A stretch of DNA of 64,000 nucleotides from Acidimicrobiales bacterium (GTDB taxonomy: Bacteria > Actinomycetota > Acidimicrobiia > Acidimicrobiales > RAAP-2). Positions within the stretch are counted from its first letter, which is position 1; the number at the start of each line of letters is the position of its first letter. Shown in pieces: positions 8,585 to 15,175 of the stretch. Location of the stretch: the NCBI GenBank assembly GCA_017883045.1, contig JADGOJ010000003.1, forward strand, positions 98-64,097, read 5' to 3'. A model generated the notes under the pieces. The model worked only from the letters and a program-made list of their open reading frames with translations, ran no database searches and had not been told where the DNA came from. The translations under genes were made by a program, and so were the position numbers.

Positions 8585-9706
8585 GTGAGCGACAGTCCAT
8601 TCGGCGGCATGTTCGGCGACATCTTCGCCCTGTTGGGCCAACAGGGACCCGACGCCTGGTTCACGACCGCGACCCAGTTGGCCCTCAACATCGCGCGCGG
8701 CACCGACGGCGACCCCAACCCCCAGCCGATCGAACGCCAGCGCCTCGAAGAGCTCGCCCCGCTCGTCGGACGACACGTCGACGCCCTGCTCGGCGTGCCC
8801 ATCGAGCCCACGGTCATGGCCGTCAACCGCTCGACGCTGACGACCGCCGCGCTGACCCAGTGGCGGCCGCTGATGGAGCCGCTCATCGCGGGCACCGCCT
8901 CGTTGGGCAGTGACCTCGACGTCGCGGAGAACCCGCTGATGGCCCAGATGGCGGCAACCCTCGGACCGATCTTTGCCGGGTTCCAGATGGGCTCGGTCGC
9001 CGGGCACTTCTCGGACCGGGCGTGGTCGCTCGCGGCACTGCCGCTGCCGCGGCTCGACGACCAGCGGATGCTCGTGGTGAACAACCTGAAGGCCTTCGCC
9101 GAGGCCTGGTCCCTCGAGCGTGACGAGGTCTACGTCTTCGCCATCGCCCAGGAGTTCGTCGCGTCGCTGATCCTCACCCAGCCGGGCACCGGCGACGCGC
9201 TGCGCGCCCTGCTGATCGACGCCGTGCGCGAGGCGACCAAGGCCCAGGGCGATCTGCTGACCCGGTTGCAGGGGATGGTCAACCCCGAGGACCTCAGCGA
9301 GTTGATGAGCAATCCCGAGTCGCTGCTCGACGGCATCGAGATGCCCGAGGAGACCGACGCCAACCGGGCGATCGACGCGGCCGCGAGCGTGCTGCTCGCC
9401 TTCTTCGACGCCGCGGCCCACGAGATCACCGAGGCGATCCTCGGACCGCGCCCGGCCCTCGTCGAGGCCTACCGGCGCCACCGGCGAAGCGACGCGCGCG
9501 GCGAGGACGCCGCGGCGGCGCTGTTCGGCATCTCGACCCAGGGTCCGCACCACGACGCGGCGGCGCAGTTCGTCGCGACGATGCAGAGGGACCATTCGCT
9601 GCGGGTCTTCGACGCGCTACTGCGCGTCGACGGCCTGCCGAGCGCGGCCGAGCTGGAGAGTCCCGAGTCGTGGTACGAGCGGGTCACCCACTCGCCGCTG
9701 GCCTAG
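8585..9706 (+). CDS. DUF2342 / zincin-like protein (Rv3195-type), HExxH apparently degenerate
   Basis: The N-terminus MSDSPFGGMFGDIFALLG...DAWFTTATQLA and central GPIFAGFQMGSVAGHFSDR...LPLP resemble the actinobacterial DUF2342 putative zinc metalloprotease family. The position where I expect HExxH reads IAQEFVAS. Confidence 0.6.
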   Translation: MSDSPFGGMFGDIFALLGQQGPDAWFTTATQLALNIARGTDGDPNPQPIERQRLEELAPLVGRHVDALLGVPIEPTVMAVNRSTLTTAALTQWRPLMEPLIAGTASLGSDLDVAENPLMAQMAATLGPIFAGFQMGSVAGHFSDRAWSLAALPLPRLDDQRMLVVNNLKAFAEAWSLERDEVYVFAIAQEFVASLILTQPGTGDALRALLIDAVREATKAQGDLLTRLQGMVNPEDLSELMSNPESLLDGIEMPEETDANRAIDAAASVLLAFFDAAAHEITEAILGPRPALVEAYRRHRRSDARGEDAAAALFGISTQGPHHDAAAQFVATMQRDHSLRVFDALLRVDGLPSAAELESPESWYERVTHSPLA

Positions 9707-9981
9707 GACTCTTCGTCGTACCCGAGGTTCCACTCGACCAGCAGGTTCTCACGCTCGGCGTCGCGGTTCACGCGCTCGCGGTTGCGACGGAATTGGGGGT
9801 CGTGGGGCGGCAGGAAGCGGAGGCGAGCGTCGACGCGGTCGACGAAGGCCTGGATCTGCTCCTCGTCGCCAAAGACCATGCGGCACTCCCAGTGGGGCGC
9901 GACCGGGCCGAGGTAGATGACTTGTACGTGACCGACGGGGTCGACGACCTCGGTGGTCTCAATGGTCGGAACCTGGCTCAC
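9703..9981 (-). CDS. Small conserved-looking hypothetical protein (92 aa)
   Basis: AAGGAG lies 5 nt upstream of the GTG at 9981 (VSQVPTIETTEVVDPVGHVQVIYLGP...). Codon bias is typical for the window. The upstream part of the 127-aa track ORF has no RBS. No family recognised. Confidence 0.5.
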   Translation of the reverse strand: MSQVPTIETTEVVDPVGHVQVIYLGPVAPHWECRMVFGDEEQIQAFVDRVDARLRFLPPHDPQFRRNRERVNRDAERENLLVEWNLGYDEES

Positions 9982-10156
9982 GGTGCTCCTTTGGCGTACC
10001 TCGGTGATGAGGGTCCATTCTACTGACTTGGCGTCGATCCCCTCGGGCGCCTGTGAGAGTCCTGAGAATCGACCCCTCGTGAACAAGTGAACGTTTCGTT
10101 ACGGGTCTGCAACACGAACTGTCGCTACTGTGAAGTAAGAAGGCTTAGGAGGGGAT

Positions 10157-10408
10157 ATGAGCACAGAGTGGATGGCGGACGGCAAGTGTCGCGAATACCC
10201 GCCGGGGACGTGCTTCCCGCGCGACGGCGTTGGCGTCATCATCGCCCAGCGGATCTGTGCCCAGTGCCCCGTCGCCGCCCAGTGCTTGGAGTACGCCCTC
10301 GAGAACCACATCGACCACGGGATCTGGGGCGGACGCAGTGAGCGAGAGCGTCGCCGGATCCTGCGCGAGCGCCGCCGTCACCGCGTCATCAATTTCGACG
10401 CCAACTGA
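10157..10408 (+). CDS. WhiB-family (Wbl) Fe-S transcription factor
   Basis: 83 aa with AGGAGGGG upstream of the ATG. Shows the Cys pattern C...C-x2-C-x5-C (RICAQCPVAAQC) followed by GIWGG and a basic tail. There is no AT-hook, so it is not WhiB7-like. Confidence 0.9.
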   Translation: MSTEWMADGKCREYPPGTCFPRDGVGVIIAQRICAQCPVAAQCLEYALENHIDHGIWGGRSERERRRILRERRRHRVINFDAN

Positions 10409-10420
10409 CCCTCCGCTGAC

Positions 10421-11242
10421 GTGTTCGAATGCGTCATCAACGTCTCCGAGGGTCGCGACCTCGCACTGCTCGATGAGCTTTCTTCGAGCGTCTCCTCGTC
10501 GCTACGCGACCGTCACAGCGACGAGTTCCACAACCGCTCGGTCTTCACCCTCGTCAACGATCCCGACGTCCTCGTCCAAGACGTTCGCTCGCTGATCGGC
10601 GCTGCGTTCGCGCGCCTCGATCTCGCCACGCACCAAGGCGTGCACCCGCGCTTCGGCGTCGTCGACGTCGTGCCGTTCGTGGCGCTCGACACGGACCAGA
10701 GCGCCGTCGCGCTGTCGATGCGCGACGACACCGCCCGGTGGATCGCCACCACCTTCGACGTGCCCTGCTTCCTCTACGGGCAGGTCAAGGGGAGGTTGCG
10801 CACCCTGCCCGAGGTGCGACTCGGCGCCTTTCGCTCGCTGCCCCCCGACGTCGGCCCCGACGCACCCTCGCCCAAGCTCGGCGCGGTCGCCGTCGGAGCC
10901 CGTCCGGTGCTGGTGGCGTGGAACCTCTGGCTGAGCGGCGTGACGCTCCTCGAGGCCAAGGTGATCGCCTCGACGATCCGCCGCCCCGAGGTCCGCGCGC
11001 TCGGCTTCGAGGTCGGCGCCCTCGTGCAGGTCAGCTGCAACCTGATCGACCCGATGAAGGTGGGACCGTCGTTCGTCTACGACCAGGTCGCGTCGCTGGT
11101 GCCACCGGGTGGCGTGATCCAACGAGCCGAGTTGGTGGGGCTGATCCCGGCGGCCGTGCTTGACGGCGAGGATCCCAGCCGATGGGCGATGCTCGGGCTC
11201 AGCGATCACCAGACCATCGAGTATCGATGCCGCCTGGCTTGA
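10421..11242 (+). CDS. Glutamate formimidoyltransferase (FT domain only)
   Basis: The N-terminus FECVINVSEGRD matches the ECVPNFSEGR signature of formiminotransferase domains. At 273 aa it has no cyclodeaminase domain. GTG start. Confidence 0.75.
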   Translation: MFECVINVSEGRDLALLDELSSSVSSSLRDRHSDEFHNRSVFTLVNDPDVLVQDVRSLIGAAFARLDLATHQGVHPRFGVVDVVPFVALDTDQSAVALSMRDDTARWIATTFDVPCFLYGQVKGRLRTLPEVRLGAFRSLPPDVGPDAPSPKLGAVAVGARPVLVAWNLWLSGVTLLEAKVIASTIRRPEVRALGFEVGALVQVSCNLIDPMKVGPSFVYDQVASLVPPGGVIQRAELVGLIPAAVLDGEDPSRWAMLGLSDHQTIEYRCRLA

Positions 11243-11278
11243 ACCGCTGGTCCCGCGATTCCTATGCCCCACGAGCGT

Positions 11279-11929
11279 TCAATTACGCACGCCCCGCTGG
11301 CTTCGGTTTCTCCCTGAGTCTCCAGAGGCCTTGGCGCCCATCGAGTGAAGGAAGAAGTCGCGGATGCTCTCGGGCGACCTGTCCAGGTGCGACGCACTCG
11401 AGAAGATGGCTTGTCCGATCGAAGCCGACCAGACCGCGACGATCAGGGCCTTGGCGTCGACGCCCTCGTCGATCCAACCGAGTCCCTTGGCCTTCTCCGC
11501 AGTGCTGATCCACCGGTCGAACTGGACCTCGAGGCCCGCGGAAAACGCCTGTTGGGTCGTGGGGTCCGACCAGACGTCCAATAGCAGTTTGAGAACTCCC
11601 CAGTCGTCCTCGGGCCGTCCCGCGCGCCACGCCAGGATCAGGTTCTCACCGACCGCCGACCAGAAGGTTGATTCGTCCTTCGCAGCAACCGCCGACTCCG
11701 CGAGGGTCAGGCAGTTGTGCATCGGCTCCAGCATGCTCATGTAGATACTGGCCTGGGCCTCGGCGACCAGCTGCGTCCTTGACTTGAAGTGGTAGTAGAT
11801 GGTCGGGATGCCGACGTTGGCCTGTCGGGCCACGTCGGCGACGCGCAGCATCTTGCTGCCGTGCTCGCCGATCATCCTCGCGGAGACGTCGAGGATGTGG
11901 ATCCTGGTTGCAGACTGGTCACGACTCAT
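11279..11929 (-). CDS. TetR-family transcriptional regulator
   Basis: N-terminal HTH: ILDVSARMIGEHGSKMLRVADVARQANVGIPTIYYHFKSRTQLV. AAGGAG RBS lies upstream of the ATG at 11929. Confidence 0.9.
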   Translation of the reverse strand: MSRDQSATRIHILDVSARMIGEHGSKMLRVADVARQANVGIPTIYYHFKSRTQLVAEAQASIYMSMLEPMHNCLTLAESAVAAKDESTFWSAVGENLILAWRAGRPEDDWGVLKLLLDVWSDPTTQQAFSAGLEVQFDRWISTAEKAKGLGWIDEGVDAKALIVAVWSASIGQAIFSSASHLDRSPESIRDFFLHSMGAKASGDSGRNRSQRGVRN

Positions 11930-11977
11930 CGGTATTCTCCTTGCGAATTCAAATAGTCGTCAATAGTTACATCAACG

Positions 11978-12007
11978 CGAACACGTTCTGCGCGATGCCC
12001 GTGTTCG
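11978..12007. promoter_or_regulatory. 8-bp inverted repeat CGAACACG-N14-CGTGTTCG upstream of the TetR gene (candidate operator or hairpin)
   Basis: Direct reading: 11978-11985 and 12000-12007 are perfect reverse complements. The repeat lies ~50-80 nt upstream of the TetR start codon. Confidence 0.3.
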
Positions 12008-12748
12008 AGTGTCGCGCGGCCGCTGGCTCCCGTCGGAGACGTCGACACGAACCAGGGACCTCATCTGCCGGTGTTGACCGAAGCGAGGGATGTCGAGTCC
12101 CCTCGTGCCGACGATATTCCAATACCTGATCACGGGCTGATTCCGTCGACCCCGACGCTGCTCGCTGCGGTGGGATCGGAGTTGCGCTGCCGCGCGGTTC
12201 GAGCTGCGAAGTCACTCAATCAGTGTTCGCGAACCCAGTCGCCACACGAGGGCCTGAATGTCATTTAAGAAGATGGTTATTGGCAGGATTGTCAGAGTTC
12301 GCAAATGTAGCCGGGGGACGAGGCCGCCGACGGCGGAGCGGATCGGTCCACGCCAGCCAAACCCCAACGGCAGCTCGCGGGGCAAGAGCGCCGCATCTCG
12401 CGAGTGTCCCCTTCGACAGACTGGCCAGTTCCTGGAGATCGTGGAACGCGGGACCAGTCAAGCCATCTGGGTGTCGGCGCGGCCGGACCTTGTCAACTTG
12501 ACTGCGTCGAGTCCACGACCGGCACTCGGCCTGGCGCTGGCCCGAACCACGGCCCGTCGAGTCTGCGACTGGGTCCTTGCCGATTGGCGTGCCCACTTAC
12601 CCGAGCAGCACTCCGTAGCGGGGACTGGAGATTCGCTGGTCTGCGCCTCGATCGACCCGGCCCGATCCTTGGACGGTCACGTGGTGCAGGATGGATCCTT
12701 TGGGCTCGACGAATGCGGGTCCACGAGTTGACGGCGTTGAATCCAAAC

Positions 12749-12765
12749 GGGGACTCGAAGTCCCC
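12749..12765 (-). terminator. Stem-loop GGGGACT-CGA-AGTCCCC just downstream of the whiB2-like gene
   Basis: 7-bp perfect stem beginning 14 nt after the stop codon (12779-12781). On the minus strand it is followed by GTTTGGATT, a weak U-tract. Confidence 0.45.
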
Positions 12766-12778
12766 CGGGGACCAGGAC

Positions 12779-13054
12779 CTAGCTGGCCTGAGCGCGGCGC
12801 TCGATGGCCCGGGCGCGGCGCAGGCGGCGGCGCTCGCGCTCGCTCATGCCGCCCCAGATGCCGAACTTCTCACCGTTGTCGAGGGCGAACTCGAGGCAGT
12901 CCTCGCGAACGACGCAGCCGCGACAGACTTCCTTGGCCTCACGGGTCGAAGCGCCGCGCTCGGGGAAGAAGAGATCGGGGTCGACGCCCATGCAGTTGGC
13001 GCGAGCCTGCCAACCTCGATCTTCCATTCCGCTCATCAGTTCCACGATTTCCAC
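12779..13054 (-). CDS. whiB: WhiB-family regulator, WhiB2/WhiB (cell-division type)-like
   Basis: WQARANCMGVDPDLFFPERGASTREAKEVCRGCVVREDCLEFALDNGEKFGIWGGMSERERRRL closely follows the WhiB2/Streptomyces WhiB pattern (FFPEKGGSTREAK...C-x2-C-x5-C...FGIWGG). GTG at 13054 is preferred (GGAGGAG 6 nt upstream). Alternative starts are at 13072 and 13036. Confidence 0.9.
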   Translation of the reverse strand: MEIVELMSGMEDRGWQARANCMGVDPDLFFPERGASTREAKEVCRGCVVREDCLEFALDNGEKFGIWGGMSERERRRLRRARAIERRAQAS

Positions 13055-13083
13055 GTCGTACTCCTCCCCCACAGCGGATTAAC

Positions 13084-13105
13084 CACCGTTGTAATTACAA
13101 CGGTG
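13084..13105. promoter_or_regulatory. Perfect 22-bp palindrome CACCGTTGTAATTACAACGGTG upstream of the whiB2-like gene
   Basis: Direct reading; the sequence is self-complementary over all 22 positions. It lies 30 nt upstream of the preferred start, in an AT-richer 108-bp intergenic region. Confidence 0.45.
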
Positions 13106-13180
13106 TCATTGTGGCGGGGATTACGACAAAAAGCAAATGGAAATGTGAAAACTCCTGATCAAAACCTTATTGGGAAACGC

Positions 13181-15175
13181 TCAACTGGCCCTGCGGTGAC
13201 GTACCCAGTCATCGAGCGCGTAGGTGCCCAGTTCGTCGACGTCGGTGTAGAACAGCCGCCCGCCGTTCACCCGGGCGATCTGCTCGACGAACGGGAACTG
13301 GCTGCGCTCGATGTCGAGGGCGAACGTGTTGATGGTGATGCCGGCCTTGGTGCAGCGCAGCACCTCGGCCATGGTCTTCTCCAGGGTCTCTTGGACGGGG
13401 GGCCAGGAGAAGAAGGGCTCGCCGTTGGCCATCAGGTGGGCGGTCGGCTCGCCGTCGGTGACGACCACGATCTGGCGCTCCCCTCTCTCGTTGCGCATCA
13501 GGTGGCGGCTGAGGGCCAGCGCGTGCTGGAGGTTGGTGCCGTAGGCGTAGTCGATCGTCAGGGCCGGGATGTCCTCGATCTTCAGCTCCTGGGCCGTCTC
13601 GCCGAAGCCGACGACCGCGACGAAGTCGCGCGGGAACTTCGAGCGGATCAGCGACGTCAGCGCCAGCACCATCTTCTTGGCGGGCACGAGGTTGCCCCGC
13701 ATGGCCATCGAGAGCGAGAGGTCGATCGCGAAGACCGTGGCCGAGCGCTTGGTCGACTCGAACTCCTCGACCTCGAAGTCGTCGGCGTGCAACGTGACCG
13801 GCGTGCCGGGCCCCTGGCGCAGGACCGCGTTGCGCAGGGTCTTGGCGAGGTGCAGCGAGAACGGCTCACCCGGCTCCCAGGGCTTGGAGGTCTCCTCGCG
13901 GTCGCCCCCGCGCGACACGGTCGGCTCGCGGTGTCCCCCGAGCGTCGGCGAGTCGCGCAGTTGGGCGAAGAGGGCCTTCAGGGCGCTCTGGCCGATCTGG
14001 CGCACGCCCTTCGGGGTGAGGCGCAGCTCGTTGCCCTGGCGGTCGACGAACCCCTGGTCCTTCAGGGCCCTCAGCGCCTTCTGGAGCCGCACGACGTGCT
14101 GGGCCGCGTCGTCACCGAGGTTGCGCCGCACGGCCTCGATGTCGACTTCGGGCAGGCCCTGGGCGGCGTTGGCCTGGCCGAGGAACTCCTCGAGCCCCTT
14201 GAGCTCGCCGAGCTGCTCGGCGACCGACGCCGCGCGCGAGAAGGGCGACCCGTCCTGGCCGCGCATCCGGTGCGCGCGGTTCCAGTCGATGTCGGGGGTG
14301 GCCATGCGCAGGTTCGAGACCAGGCGGTTCATGGAGAAGTTCAACTCCATGTTCTCCATCATCTGGTTGAAGAGCGACCGCAGCTCTCCCTGCTGCTCGG
14401 CCGAGAGCGAGTTGAACATCGCCTCGGCGGCGGCGGCGCGCTCGGCCATCGCGCGCACCACGTCCTCGAGGGTCTCGGCGCCCGGGAAGTAGTCGCCGAA
14501 CTTCTCCATGAAGTCCTCGAAGGTGGGGTCGAGCTCTTCGCCACGACGGTCCTGCTCGATCATGGTCGAGAGCGCGTCCATCATGTCGCGCATCCGGGCG
14601 AGCTCTTCGGGGTCGGGCCGGCCCATGAACTCCTTGCTCTGCTCGAAGTACGTGTCGAGCACGTCGCGCTCGAGCTCGCTCAACAGCTCCTCGAACTGCT
14701 CGCGGGCCTCGGAGGACACGAAGTCGTAGTTGCGGTAGTTGCCGAGCCGCTCGGCGAGCCGGTCGCTCATCAGCTCGCGCTGCAGGCGCTTCTGCTCGAC
14801 GAGGTCGCGGGTGACCTCCTTGCGCCGTTCGTCGTCGGACTCCTCGGCCTCGGCGAGCAGCTCGTCGAGTTCGGCCCCTTCGGTCGCCTCGATCTCCTCG
14901 AGCCAGTCGCGGTAGCGCCGCATCTCGCCGTCGGGGTCGGCCTGGCTCTCGAGTTCGCGGCGCTTCGCGCGCGTCTGGTCGAGCAGGTCGCGCAGTCCCT
15001 CGACGCGCTGGCCGTCGGCGGTCTCGAAGCCGTCGCGCAGTAGCCGGTCCATCGCCTCTTCGAGGTCGCCGTTCTCCATGAAGTCATCGGCCAGCATGGC
15101 CAGCATCTCCTCGACGTCGAGGTCGTCGAAGTCGTCGTCCTCGCCGAAGCGGCGAAAGCCGTAGCGGACCGGCAC
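13181..15175 (-). CDS. VWA-domain protein with a long acidic/coiled N-terminal region (ChlD/Rv0959-like)
   Basis: C-terminal VWA with a MIDAS motif (ATVFAIDLSLSMAMRG...VGFGETA...VVVTDGEPTAH). The GTG at 15175-15173 shares one base with the TAG of the upstream ATPase gene (TAGTG). The track ORF extension to 15751 is Arg/Gly-rich and overlaps that gene. Confidence 0.8.
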   Translation of the reverse strand: MPVRYGFRRFGEDDDFDDLDVEEMLAMLADDFMENGDLEEAMDRLLRDGFETADGQRVEGLRDLLDQTRAKRRELESQADPDGEMRRYRDWLEEIEATEGAELDELLAEAEESDDERRKEVTRDLVEQKRLQRELMSDRLAERLGNYRNYDFVSSEAREQFEELLSELERDVLDTYFEQSKEFMGRPDPEELARMRDMMDALSTMIEQDRRGEELDPTFEDFMEKFGDYFPGAETLEDVVRAMAERAAAAEAMFNSLSAEQQGELRSLFNQMMENMELNFSMNRLVSNLRMATPDIDWNRAHRMRGQDGSPFSRAASVAEQLGELKGLEEFLGQANAAQGLPEVDIEAVRRNLGDDAAQHVVRLQKALRALKDQGFVDRQGNELRLTPKGVRQIGQSALKALFAQLRDSPTLGGHREPTVSRGGDREETSKPWEPGEPFSLHLAKTLRNAVLRQGPGTPVTLHADDFEVEEFESTKRSATVFAIDLSLSMAMRGNLVPAKKMVLALTSLIRSKFPRDFVAVVGFGETAQELKIEDIPALTIDYAYGTNLQHALALSRHLMRNERGERQIVVVTDGEPTAHLMANGEPFFSWPPVQETLEKTMAEVLRCTKAGITINTFALDIERSQFPFVEQIARVNGGRLFYTDVDELGTYALDDWVRHRRAS

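Noticed and set aside
12041-12112. Possible tRNA or tmRNA gene in the 850-bp gap
   Set aside because: There is no canonical D-arm. The central hairpin has a 4-nt loop instead of a 5-bp/7-nt anticodon arm, and the closing stem is 10 bp with a mismatch. No tmRNA-type 5'/3' acceptor pairing or RNase P GGAAAGTCCGGGC-type motif was found on either strand. It is kept only as an unexplained structured element in the findings.
13143-13160. CRP-like site (TGTGAAAACTCCTGATCA) upstream of the whiB2-like gene
   Set aside because: Only one half-site (TGTGA) is present. The second half (TGATC/GATCA) does not match TCACA.
12404-15043. 879-aa plus-strand ORF from the non-coding gap through whiB and the VWA gene, plus similar long antisense ORFs (7634-9595, 17893-19614, 23186-24682, 27236-29470, 39894-41849, 41675-43156, 43219-45111, 50387-52213 and others)
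   Set aside because: Each is the mirror frame of a gene with strong homology-type evidence on the other strand. All have the same Arg/Gly/Asp/Glu/His-rich composition.
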